A stretch of DNA of 64,000 nt from Saccostrea cucullata (taxonomy: Eukaryota), in NCBI RefSeq assembly GCF_032062105.1, contig NW_026938891.1:186001-250000 (forward strand), given 5' to 3'. Below, piece by piece: positions 24,701 to 36,296 of this stretch (within the stretch, counting starts at the first letter, position 1; every line of letters starts with the position of its first letter). Position numbers and translations under genes: made by a program. The notes beneath the pieces are model-generated. The model was given only the letters and a program-made list of their open reading frames with translations, had not been told where the DNA came from and did not search any database.

Positions 24701-27700
24701 GGCACCTTAAGGTTCTGTCGACCATAATTCAACATCTCCCTCATTTGGTATTTCATCTGTCCCTTTGTACTCCTTTTCTGGTCATCAAATTTACAAAATA
24801 AATTTAAATAAAAAGAATAAACATCTTAAACAAAAGCAATTCTCAGATCTACAACAGTCTGTTCTAAGAGTCGTTAGCATACCCATTTGATTTTCATAGG
24901 AATCATGTCTTCACTATCCACTTGGTCTATTTCCATTTCCTCTTCATCTTCTGAAATAAAACAAGACAAAGGGAACAGCTGAAATTCTTTACTTAACCTT
25001 CCTTATTTTGGACCTAAACAATAATCTAAAACATACAAGTACATGTATACACACATTACCTGGTGTTTTAGCTTCTGGGTCCTTCTTAATCTCATACGTA
25101 ATCCAAAACAACATGGGGAAGACGAAGAAGACACTCATGTATATCTACAAGCAAAAGAAGGCTAATAGGCTCCCGATCATCATCATTAAATTATATCTGA
25201 GTCACTTTGAGTGACTTAGGATTTCTCCATGTAAAAAGTTGGAAAATTACATACAGAATTTTGCATGACCTAGTCCAAAGAGAAAATTTAAAACAAAACA
25301 AATCATAAGATTAAGAGGAACACAATTTACTTTTCGTCCCCCGCTTGAAAAGTGGGGGATATTAATTTGGGTCTGTCCGTTCATCCGTCTGTCATTCTGT
25401 CTGTCTGTAACGCTTTCGTTTCCATACCATATCTCAAGAGCCCTTTGAGCTTTCGCAATGAAATTTTGCATAGCAACTCCCTATGTACATACATTTAATA
25501 ATTCTATAAATTCAGTCAGAGGGATCCGACCCCCCCCCCCGAACTGCACATGGTTGACTTTTTCCCTAAGCGGGGAACACAAATTCTCTGAATTAGCTTG
25601 TACATTTAAAACTGATCACCTCTACATTGTACGGAAATACACCTCGATCATTACTTTTTTACTGTAAGAAATTTCAATTCATTAAGATCTGAGATCATAA
25701 AGATGTGAACTGAAGATCCACACATATGTCTTGACTACAAAACTTAAATCCCTTTAAAAACAGAATTAAACATATATCTTGTCATCACAAACCTCAGATG
25801 AATCCAGATAAGGATTCTTAATTAAATGTACATGCAAGTCTCATTTGAAAATTTGAACCAGTTTGGGAATGTGAATTACAGGTATGCTTTTGAAAGTGAT
25901 TTAAGGATATGTCTTGTCTACAAACCTTGAACCAGTTGGGTAGTCTGAATACCCCATAATCCACTTCTCTGATTAACAGGTTACCATGCCAACGCTGAAG
26001 CAGCCATTTTTGACAACTTTTGTGAGCAATGAAGAATTTATTCCGAGCAATGTGGGCTAGCTTGATGGTGGTTTTATTGTTAAGTTCTGGCAGTTTCTCA
26101 TCTAATGAAGCAATGGCTGTTAGGCATGAATCTTGGTAGCTCAGGTCCAATAATTTGACAGCCTGTTTTCCAAACTCTCTACAATACCAGATCATAAACA
26201 TAGGTAATCAAAGATTACGAAGCTCACCTCGTTGAATGAAACATATCTGGCTGCCGCCTTACAAAAATAAGTTTGTGAATAAAATGCATATACATGTATT
26301 AGGTTTTACAAAAAAAAGTTTGTGAATAAAATGCATATACACATATTAGGCTTTACAAAAATAAGTTTGTGAATAAAATGCATATGCACGTATTAGGCTA
26401 ATTATAATTAGCCTGTGATAATGAGTATTTACATAGCAGAATCATTGAGTTGTCGTTTGATGTCCAAATCTCTGCTGCACCATTTTGTGGCTAGTGTGTG
26501 CCAGATCATACTGATTACAAGAGCCATTACCATCGGCTGGTCAGACTGCTTCCACAGAACTCTGGTCAGCGAGGGGTTAAAGGTCAGAACTGACCAGTAG
26601 ATAAGGGCATTCAAGGCCTTCAAATATAAAAATAATTGTAACCATACATAACCTACAACAAATTCATATCTATTCCAAAAATTTTTTTAAAAATGTTAAT
26701 GCCATTAATAAATGTTCACAATATCCTCACTTGAGTTAAATATCAAGTTCTTTAAGTCTTATGCATGCTATCATATGATTTTGCATTTGGGTCATTGTAA
26801 TATTTTCAATTAAACATCATAAAGCCCCATCTGCTAAGAAACAGAAATCTATTTATAGACCTTTCTTTCAGCAGTAGGTTTGTCACACACAAACTGTCCA
26901 GTAGAGTTCATAGAGAGATCATAGGAGGACACAAGAGCTTCTAGACTGGTCAGTTTATACAGCAGATGATTCAGGTCACATTTCTTCCCTATCACAAAGT
27001 CCTTGTCCACTGGATAACTCAGCCCCTACAAAACAGAGATTGACAATCTAATACTCAAATAAAAGATGAAGGTAACAAATACAGTGAACTGTGAGAACAA
27101 ATTTAACATTAAATGATTGATGGATATATAGGTCATACTGTCACATTCTATTACAGGGAATTATTCGATATATTGTTATTAATAATTGGAGTAAGAAAGA
27201 CCTCCAAAAAAAAAAAAAAAATCTGGGAACATGAAAATGCAGAAATATGAAGTTTACGTTTGCAAAACTTTATTTATTTTTTTTAATTGTAAATAATTCA
27301 ATCAAGTGGAAATAGTTAATTTCAAATATTTCTTTTCCTGTGTCAGCTAATTCTTAATTTTAATAAGTAAAGTTTCTAAGTGTTTCAAGGAATCTTTACA
27401 TAATAAAATCCTTTGAATTTCAATGAATTTCTCAAGGTCTTGTGGAATGTCAGTTACACCAAGTTACAAGTTCTAAACTAAGACCTCTGCATTTATCCAT
27501 CACTGTTACCTTTTTGCTTTAATCAAGAACATAGAATCATAAACAGTAATGATAATCTAAGAAAGCTGTAACAGAAATAATAGTCTACTATGAACGCATT
27601 GAAGTGGTATAATTTTCCAACTGGTTGGAACATTTTGAGTTTTCTTTTGGATGTTGATTGTCACAAAATGCTCATTTCCTTAGAAAGGAAAAGATATGTA

Positions 27701-30700
27701 ATATGAGATTTCAGAGTTCACCTAAATAATTGTGGTCTTTAAGTAAATTCACAATCTAGAAGTGTACATCCAAAGATGCAAAATTCATGCAATTTTGATC
27801 TGAACGGCATAAATTGAAAAAGAAAACCTGGAAAACTGCACCTAAACTTTTAGTCTATCCATCCAACCGTCAGTAACACCTTGTTTCCATGTGAAATTTT
27901 AAAAAGTCTTTGAGCTTTAATACTTTGCAATGAAATTTTACATACCCGTTAACAACTCCCTATGGCCTAAAGAAGAGTCAGACCCCTCTTGATTTTGATG
28001 TCAAAAGTTAAAGTCATAAATTCTGTCTATTTAAAAACTTTCATTTCCATACCATTTCTCAAGAAGTCTTGAGATTTTACAGTGAAATTTTATACCATAA
28101 CTCTCTATGGCCTATGGAAAACCCCTCTTGATTTTAAGGTCAAAGGTCAAGATTTTAAATTCATACATTCTGTCTGTGTGTAAAAGTTTCATTTCCAGGA
28201 GAAATATACAGAATCTTTTGAGCTTTTGCAATAAAAATTTTATAACTCCCTATGACCCTGCCTACCCCTCTTAAAGTGTCCTGCCCATCCTTCGAGCCCC
28301 CCACCCCATCCCCCTCCTTTTGATTCACACATGCTCTTCTTTTTTCCTAAAGGGGTACACAGATTCTCTGAATTACTTGTTCAATATATACTGACACGCA
28401 AAAGAAACGCAACAAGTAGTAATCTACAAATGTTTGATAATTTTTATCTGATGATTATCAAAAGCGAATAAAGTAAGGCTAAACTCACTTTTCTGAACAC
28501 CAGAGATTTGATAAAAATGTTAAATGTTTATGTGTTTACTTTACTAAGTAAAATATGACTGTTAAAACACCCCCCCTCCCAGCCATTCAAGTAAAACGTG
28601 CAAGACTGCCCTAAACAACAATTGCAGCTTAATTTCTACGATACAGTAGGTTCATTTACATCGAGATCTGCGTGAAGGAATTATTCTTTGGCATTTTTAA
28701 ATACCCGTTATTCAGATGATTAGGTCGAATTTTCTCTAATATAGAGCAGTGTAGTCACCCTTGGACTTCTGGTACAAGGTCTGTCCTTAATGCATATGAT
28801 ACGTAAGACCCTGTTGAGACGTAATGTAGTGAAATTTTGCATCAGCAATTCTCCATCACCTTTACATTGTAATTTTCCAGCCAGAGCAATGAATATGCGT
28901 ACATAAGCCATTTTCAAGTAGCCTTAGCATCGTTAGAGGAAACGAAAGGAGAGTTCATTTTTTAGAAATATTGCTGCATTACGTATGATGAACAGTAAAA
29001 AACCGTTAAGAATCCATGATATTGCCAAATGTTTTGTTAAACATGCAATTTTTTATTTCTGTTAAGCAGACTAAAACTTGACTTCCGGTTATGGTTTGGA
29101 AATTGTTCAACCGTTAAATTACCGATGTTTACCAAATTGAAGATATTCATAATTTTAAGATACAAAATTCTTTACTTTACATAATTATTTCCCCCTAAAG
29201 GAGGGTGTTGCGTTTCTTTTGCGTGTCAGTATATTAATCAATACAGATGAACCCCCCTCCCTCTCTTATTGTGTCTATGGATTCCTTCTACCTTCATTAA
29301 TTTTACTGGAAAATATAACCAATATAGCCTAATAAGTATTAGCCAATCAGAATTCAGCCTTTTCAAGTATCAGCCAATCAAAATCAGCAATGTTCTTGCA
29401 TGCCCTTGCATTGACTATTTTATGGCAGCATAATGTAGAAACACATAACATCTAACTATATTCTGAATTCCATCCTGTTGTGATGTAAAGTAAGATAGTT
29501 TAAATCATTTAAATGATCAGCCAATCAATGTCAGATGGCTTAAAGAGCAATATATAACAAAGAAAAGCCGTTAATATACACTGTATGTGCAGAACAAATT
29601 AATAAATTATGCAACATTGAAATAAAATCAACATAATTATATATTCATGAACAAGTATATTTCAAAAACCATGCTGTTACCTTTTTACCATCCAATATAA
29701 TCTATAAATAAAATCATGCACTATAATTCTATTACATGTCTATATTTTTTTCATATCATTTTTTATCCCGCTTCAGACAAATTTGTAGATTGCTGATTGG
29801 ATAAAGGCTGATCACATGACGCCCTGAAATTTTCCGTATTACGTCTCCGTCGAGGCGTAATATGAAAATCGGGCACGCAATTCCGTTCGAAGCGTTGTTA
29901 TTGTAAATAAAAATGGCGGCAAAGAAACGGTTTACGTAGGCAGTTTAGTTAAATTTCTTGTTACCGTAACGATATTTTATGTTGATTGTTATTGGATTAA
30001 AACTAATATTTTCATAATATGCACAAACATTTTTTTATATTGAAAAAAGGTCTTCAGCGGGATAAATTTGTAACACAGTCAGTTAGTGACCTAATACGGA
30101 TTCATACAGGGTGTGAAAAGGAAATCTGTATTGGGCAAGGCGAAGCCTCGCCCAATATGGATTTCCATTTCACACCCTGTATGAAACTGTATTAGGTCAC
30201 TAACTGACTGTGTAACTAATAGAACAGCCAAGAGATGGGAGAAATAACTAAATGTAGAACATACATATCATTATGAAAAGGAATTATTTAATTTTCAATG
30301 TTAAATATAGGAAAGAAAGAGCTAGGTTCACTTTGCTGCAATAATGTAGCCCTCTCTGATAATCTTTTTATTTTATCTGATATTGTCTGGAACCAACAAA
30401 AAAAAGGGGGGGCTATATTTAATATTGCAACTAGGTTTGCTTTATGCTTAAAATGGCCCTGTTTGTGTGCCAATTGAAGGTCTTAAGGTTCCTATTAATC
30501 CTCTGCTCAATCATCATGCTCATATAAAATGTTTCAATTCTTTTGATTTTCAAAAACTCAATGTATTTGTTAAGTAAAATAATATACAAACAATTATCGC
30601 ATATCTTGCAGGGCAAAATTGGGAAAAGAAATACTTCAACTCCACAAACGTATGAATACATTGTCAACTAAAACTAAAAACTTTTGATTTTTCAGAATTT

Positions 30701-33700
30701 CACTGAGCCAAAGGAAACCAAATGTTAACCTGGCTCGTTTACCAAACTTGACTAGCATTACCAAGATTACATTTATCCAATACAAAACAGAAACAAAACA
30801 TGTCGTCACTCACTGGAGATTTGGCCAGAACTCCTTCTAGACAGACTTGACAGAAAAAATCAGGCATGTCCAGATTATTGAACAAGTCCAGAAGCTTTTT
30901 ATAGTTGACATACTCATGTAGGACAATTGCTCCTCGCTCCAGGAAAATCTCCACAAACCTCTCTCTCCCTCTCTTCAGCAAAGCCTTATCAAACAGCTCG
31001 GGTGTTATCTGAAACAACCGATAAAATACCATAACAGACTGTGGATCTGCATGGAAGTAGGCTGATGGCAGTCAGGATATAGGTTACATGCAAAAATGTC
31101 ACACTTATTTCATGTTAATACAAGAAGCACCTGGATGTCTTGGATTTTAACTTTTTAGTTAAAGGATATGCTTTAAAATGTAAATAGCATTACAGTCAAT
31201 TCTCGAATTATCGCCATTCGATTCATCGCCATTTTCACAATACCGCCATGATTTCTCAAGAACGTTTTTCCTGCTATATAAAATTCTCTTTATAACGCCA
31301 AATTCGCATACCGCCATCCGCCACCCTGTTTTCAAAACAAACGTCCATTTTTAAGTGTCAATTATCTCGATATACCGCCACAGGTGCGAGCGGTCAGTGA
31401 AGCGCGGCTAATTGGTTGACGCTATCCCTGTTGTAAAGCATGCAAAGCCAGACAAGGTACAGGCAATTAAATAATTAAATTAGAATTAAATGAACAAACA
31501 ACTTTAATATGAACTGTTACAATGATTTTGTTCTGTTAAAAAATCATTTAGTCACGGCTTCGCCACGAAAGCGGTAGTTGTGAAAGTACACTGAATACGA
31601 TATCATTTTGATGATATCTGCTTTAAACAATGCAAAGTTTGCTTAAAAATGATTATACGGTATAAATTGTGAACGTTTCACGAACAATGATGTCATAAAC
31701 AATAAATTTATTCAAGAAACTATTATACGTACGGTCAGCAATATATCAAGAAGTTTTTTTTTAATATCAGACGTGTCGATTTACATGTACATAAATGCAC
31801 ATGTACATGTCTTTATTTCATAACTGCACATTTTGTTTTAAAGAAATTGTACATAAAAAATACTTGAAGTATTTTAAAATTTAGAAAAATGTTTTGTATA
31901 CATGTATATGTACTTATAGGAATAGAAACGCTTTATGGTATTTCCAAGAACGGTAACTCTACTTCTTGTTTCCTAAAATATGGGAAATTCAAATCATCGC
32001 CAAATTCGTTATACCGCCATGATTTCTAAATAACAAAAGGTGGCGGTTTATCGAGAATTAACTGTATATATATATTTTTGGCAATACCTTAACAGTTGTC
32101 CAATCATACTTCTCAAAAATCTGAGACTCTGCGAGATCAGGTCTATTCCAGTGTAAGGTCAACTTGAGGTCAGATTGGAATTGTTCCTGGAATTGACTTC
32201 CTGTTTTGGACCCTTGAGCTGAAATAGTACAAACAGCTGTTTTATGAGCAAGAGATTCAGAATACTCATTCAACAGGGTTACATGTATCTCTTAAACCCA
32301 GCGGATGGAGAATGTCCTTGCCTATAATCATGTTATCACCAGAGACCTGTTCAACAGAGCGAGCGCTAGCGAACATTTCTATTGAAGGTATAAGAAATTT
32401 TGGTGAGCGCTTGTGAACGTTCATTCTATTGAAAACGCCTCTGGCGTTATTCGGATCAGCTGCTAAGGGAGGAAATGAAAACTTACATTCAAACAATGTG
32501 AGTAAGATGTATTTGTCCAAATTCTTAAGTCCAGTGGGATCCGCATTTATGTCCAAAATAGTTAGGAACCTCCCATTCTCCTACAAGATTAAAAAAATAT
32601 ACTATTTTGCAAAACATTGAAAATGTATCATATACATGTATTTCCATTTCAAACAACTTAGAGGCAAACCTGGTGGGCGAGATTAACACACTCCAGTATT
32701 TTGTCTCTACATTGATTCCGGGCCAGCTCATTGTCCACAAAATCCTTTGGATAACAGTTCATCATTCTCTTAATTAACTCAGTTTTCACAAAAGACTCGT
32801 ACTCATCACCCTGGCTATAAAAGAAATTAAATATAACATGTACAAGTTACAGGAAACAAACATCTACTAGTATTTAGTTTAACAAATTCCTCATGTTTAT
32901 ATACAAAGCATAGTCAAGACTAAAGACCATCAAATGTAGAAGAGTTATCTAAAATTTATTCAACAGAGTCTGGATCTTAGGTTCTAGATTTCTATAGACA
33001 TCTAGATTACCAAACATTGTGAGAATGCAAAGGTAGATTTATTTCTTTTATTTATACACATAAGAGCTATACATGTACTTACTGATGAACTTTTTCAAAG
33101 TACACAAACGCTATAAGATCGGCTCCCAGTCCTGTTCCCTGTAGAACCAGAACAGGAACTTTTCTCCGGAGAAGGTCCACCACATGGTCAATATCTAATG
33201 GTCCACCCTGTATCAGGAGGCCCACCATGGGGGTACTGGTGCAGGTAATCATGTTTAAATTTTCTGCATCTGTGCATAAAAATATTATATTAGTGTACAG
33301 AAAATGTGAATAAATAATACATATTATAATTCATATTTAATCTTTTTTCCTTAAGAAATTTTAACTTTTTTATATATGTGAGACATATTCTACATCAAAT
33401 AAAAATTAGTCTACTTGAAACAAAGAAAAAATCAAGAGGCCCATGGGCCAAAATGCTCACCCAAGTAACTTTGGACCCATTGTTCTTCTCCAGATTTTCC
33501 TCCTTGTAATACATGTACTTACTGTGGTTTTACAAAGTTTCAGCTTTTCAGTAGTTCTCCAATCTTAAGGAGAAAATTATTGAAGATTTTTTTTAATATT
33601 TCAATTAATGTAAAACTTGGATTCCCTATTGTGGCCCCACTTGTCCTCAGGGGTCCTGATTTGAATCTGATTTTTCACTACCCCAGGATGCTTCCATGAA

Positions 33701-36296
33701 AGTTTCAGCTTTTCTGGCCAAATGGTTTTTTGAGAAGATTTTTTAATGAGTTTACCCTATTTTTGTCCTTTTTTTGATTACATCATTTTGTAAGAGGACT
33801 TGGCCCTTCATTTTAACAATTTAAACTCCCTAAAAATGCTTTGTACCACTTTTGGTTAAAATTGGCCCAGTGGTTCTCGAAAAGAAGTTGAAAATGTGAA
33901 AAAGTTTTCAGACATATGGACAGACTGACAAAGGTGAACAGAAAAACTCACTTGAGCTTTTAGCTCAGGAGAGTTAAAATATGCAACCTACCAAGGGAGG
34001 GGTCTAACATTTTGACTTTTCTGTATCTCTTGCCCCTCCCTATAGGGGTCAGAAGTCTCTCCTCGATTCTGAGTCTAAAGCCTTCCAGCTCCCTTAGATC
34101 AGTGTTCTGGTCCATTATGATAAAATGAGAGTGTTCTCCATTCAACTCCATAGCTTCCTTAGTCCCCGTTTTTTTCAGTGAAATAATGGAATCATGCTGC
34201 AATTTGCAAATAAAAGAAATACAATAAGTTCCATTTACAGGTGAGAGAAATTCAAAATACAGGATTTTCTGCATTGCTGGTCTTAATAATTGTTCCCTAT
34301 TGTTTTTAATAATTACTGTATTACACATATAAGCCAATATACATGTAATCACATGTATATACATATATATGTTTTTTAAGATGTAAAGTCATAACGCACT
34401 CCAAAATTTGCCTCTGAAACAATTTGAATATGAATGCCTGCAAATTTCAAAATGTAGGTCACTATGACCTACTTTTCAATAAACATCTTTAAACTTCTTT
34501 AAAGGCCCCAATAGCTAATTATCTAAATACAGTGTAAATTCAGACATGACCACGTACCAATCCCTCAGTCCCAGCCACACACTTGAGCTGTAGTTTAGGA
34601 ACGATTCCCATCACGGTTAGTTTAGGCAGTTCCTCTACGTCCTCCTTCTTGTGAAGCTTTACATAGGGGTTCTGAGCTCGTGTCATCAGAATAGATCGCC
34701 TCTCTCTCTCAAAACGAACGGCATCCCCAACTATTTTAGCGATTCCTCCATCTAAACCATTTGTCAACACCCACATATTGGTAGAGTTCATGGCCTGCAG
34801 CGCAAAAAAAAAATGAAGAAAAAAAAAGAAATCTATGATCAAGCCATTGTCAATTTTCAACCTCAGTACAATTTTTCTTAAATAATAAATCTGTTTCATA
34901 ATGTGAAAATTCCAAATCCAATTTATTAAGTTCACTGTTAATATGCATATACATGTATATACACATGTTACATTGATGTTCCTATATTTGTGCAGCAAAA
35001 ATGTCCGAAAATATTGATAATTATGAACATATCAGAAATATGGCTAAAAATGGGAATGATATGTAAGTGATAGACAAGTATTGGTGATAAATAGCTAGAT
35101 AAAATGTTAAGGATTCTCAAAAGAGTTCAATTAAAGCAATTTTATACAAAGTCTACTTCATATTTTAACCTTTAACCTTTGCCCTTCTGACCTGAATCAA
35201 ACCCGTCTGGAAATCTTCCACTTCCTGCTGATTCTTCCACTTCCTGAAATGACTGAGACTGGATATAACAGAGAGTATGATGTCTGGGCTCCTCTTTTTC
35301 CACACTTTGGTGATGTATTTAGCCACATTGTCCACAGTAGCATCCTCCCCCACACAAACATAGTAACTTGTGTGACTCTACAATTAATATAAAAGATTAA
35401 TAGACACATTCAATTGTATCTTTAATTTGAGTTGAAATAAACCTTTCCCTAAATAAATGATAAAAAATGTTTTAGTTTCATGCAAATTTCATCCCTTACA
35501 CGGTATTTTTTGGACATTTTAATATATCAATATTTTCTATTTTATTTCCTAGATGTACTTAGCTGGTCTTGACAAAATTACATAGACTGTTTGCTTCATT
35601 TTTATATAAGTACAAGATCAGAAGTTGTGAAAATAAAGTGTTATTTTATGTTAACATATAATCAGAAGTTTTGAAAATAAAGTGTTGAAAAAAAGATTTT
35701 TCTTAAAAAAAATAAATTGGGGATAATCCTTTGAAGTATATTTTTGATGTCTTAAATAAGTTGAAAGGCTCATTTTAAGCCCAAGGAAAATCTTTAGATA
35801 AATAATTCTGAAAATAGGATAATGCATTGTTTGCCAATTTTCTACAAGTTCTTACGTTAGGTATACTTCAATGTGTACTGGAACATGTAAACTTTATCAT
35901 GTTCCCTATGAAATTATTAAGTGTTGTTTCATTTAACAGTAACCATACATAACATAGAATAAAAATCAAGAAAGCAATAAACCATTACTGACATTTGTCC
36001 CATTGTATAACATGGTTTACACATCCTTAACATACTTTTTTTTCAGACAGACAATTTATAAAGCTTACCTAAGTGACTAAAACAACCCTCTCTTGTTCCT
36101 GCTATTTTGACATACTGACCTTTTCCTCTGTAGATCCATCAAACAGGAACTTGATTATCCCCCCTGTAAGTTTGGAGGTTTGTAACCAGTCAAGGTCATC
36201 TGTGGAATCTGTGCTGACATATGACGCCACGCTAGTCACAGTGACATATTGTGGGTCCACTTCAATGTTAGGATAATCTTCTATATCTTCTTCCAT
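4214..36296 (-). CDS. TRPM2-like / TRPS (CED-11-like) transient receptor potential channel with N-terminal SLOG/MHR and C-terminal NUDT9-homology domain; 30 coding exons, about 1566 aa
   Basis: GT-AG exons with consistent phases, in transcript order: 36296-36120 (exon acceptor at 36307), 35377-35192, 34794-34558, 34196-33992, 33269-33083, 32814-32670, 32580-32487, 32218-32088, 31008-30814, 27025-26861, 26617-26433, 26178-25926, 25144-25060, 24950-24883, 24777-24640, 24003-23860, 23709-23476, 23254-23080, 15613-15560, 14608-14482, 14276-14063 (donor uncertain by 3 nt), 13552-13416, 12918-12779, 12053-11932, 11845-11751, 10702-10499, 10335-10128, 8461-8342, 4624-4451, 4315-4214 (TAA). Motifs: [19 protein letters not shown] and [24 protein letters not shown] (SLOG), [45 protein letters not shown] (TRP box), [24 protein letters not shown] and [15 protein letters not shown] (NUDT9-H). 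Start codon uncertain; further 5' exons are possible. Confidence 0.9.
4770..8362. repeat. about 32-bp minisatellite (roughly 100 copies) whose unit is the 3' end plus splice donor of TRP exon 8461-8342
   Basis: Unit tgtacctgaatcatttgttgttctgttgttac; on the minus strand ACAGAACAACAAATGATTCAG|GTAC..., identical to the exon end (TEQQMIQ). Confidence 0.92.
8415..8608. repeat. 71-bp tandem triplication spanning the acceptor of TRP exon 8461-8342
   Basis: ttcctacagacagctgagtagag.. units start at 8415, 8486 and 8557 (third has a deletion). Confidence 0.9.
9010..9814. mobile_element. Tc1/mariner-type non-autonomous transposon (TA TSD), copy 1
   Basis: TIR tactgacacgcaaaagaaac / gtttcttttgcgtgtcagta flanked by TA; closely similar copy at 28389-29231. 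Confidence 0.85.
10727..11440. mobile_element. hAT-like MITE with 15-bp TIR and 6-bp TSD (AAGCTC); hAT6-like
   Basis: caggggctgacaaat / atttgtcagtccctg; aagctc at 10721-10726 and 11441-11446; subterminal cttgccc/gggcaag motifs. Confidence 0.82.
11588..11683. repeat. inverted repeat with 18-bp perfect arms, probably a decayed hairpin element
   Basis: ttgttgggtatgccaggg ... ccctggcatacccaacaa. Confidence 0.7.
13207..13438. repeat. 27-35-bp tandem repeat built from the end plus donor of TRP exon 13552-13416
   Basis: Minus-strand unit ACAGAGCAGRGTCAAAG|GTTAGAGAAATC; donors at 13416 (real), 13388, 13353, 13318, 13291, 13256. Confidence 0.88.
15923..17360. mobile_element. HINE-like element, same family as 748-1615, with about 147-bp tandem units
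   Basis: Same 5' and 3' boxes; units near 16551, 16698, 16845 and 16989. Confidence 0.72.
18354..19612. mobile_element. TA-flanked non-autonomous DNA transposon (Tc1/mariner-pogo type)
   Basis: ta|ccctaaaatctt ... aagattttaggg|ta; multiple aaaataagcc subterminal repeats. Confidence 0.75.
19735..21853. mobile_element. HINE-like element carrying an about 170-bp satellite array
   Basis: acaagaggcccacgggcc..ggtcacctgag start; ccctgaccctggggcc units about every 170 bp (20156-21510); gacg microsatellite; terminal hairpin aggtcacctgagt-tt-actcaggtgacct. Confidence 0.78.
22459..23038. mobile_element. HINE-like element with aaggtcaaggtca units and acag microsatellite
   Basis: acaagatgtgtttgtgaaacac start; (acag)n and imperfect hairpin at the end. 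Confidence 0.6.
24209..24416. mobile_element. about 210-bp TA-flanked MITE, same family as 1687-1901
   Basis: Same TIRs and ttttcgc/gcgaaaa motifs. Confidence 0.8.
25331..25601. mobile_element. short HINE-like element (opposite orientation); related degenerate copy about 27850-28380
   Basis: tccccgct..agtgggg hairpin, (tctg/tccg)n, end box ggggaacacaaattctctgaatta.cttgt shared with 28351-28380. Confidence 0.55.
26259..26398. repeat. about 47-bp tandem repeat, three copies
   Basis: ttacaaaaataagtttgtgaataaaatgcatatacatgtattagg units. Confidence 0.85.
28389..29231. mobile_element. Tc1/mariner-type non-autonomous transposon (TA TSD), copy 2
   Basis: Same TIRs and body as 9010-9814 plus about 35 bp extra near 28490-28525. 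Confidence 0.85.
29762..30216. mobile_element. Crypton-like non-autonomous element: short inverted pair plus long hairpin with GGC-GAA-GCC tip
   Basis: tttatcccgct (29762) / agcgggataaa (30056-30066); hairpin 30073-30213 with about 68-bp arms. Family assignment is inference. Confidence 0.55.
31193..32064. mobile_element. pogo/Tigger-like MITE (CAGT..ACTG, TA TSD)
   Basis: ta|cagtcaattctcga ... tcgagaattaactg|ta; repeated ccgcca subterminal motifs. Confidence 0.8.
33433..33977. mobile_element. HINE-like element
   Basis: caagaggcccatgggcc start; gacagactgaca; terminal hairpin aactc..tgagct..agctca..gagtt. Confidence 0.6.
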
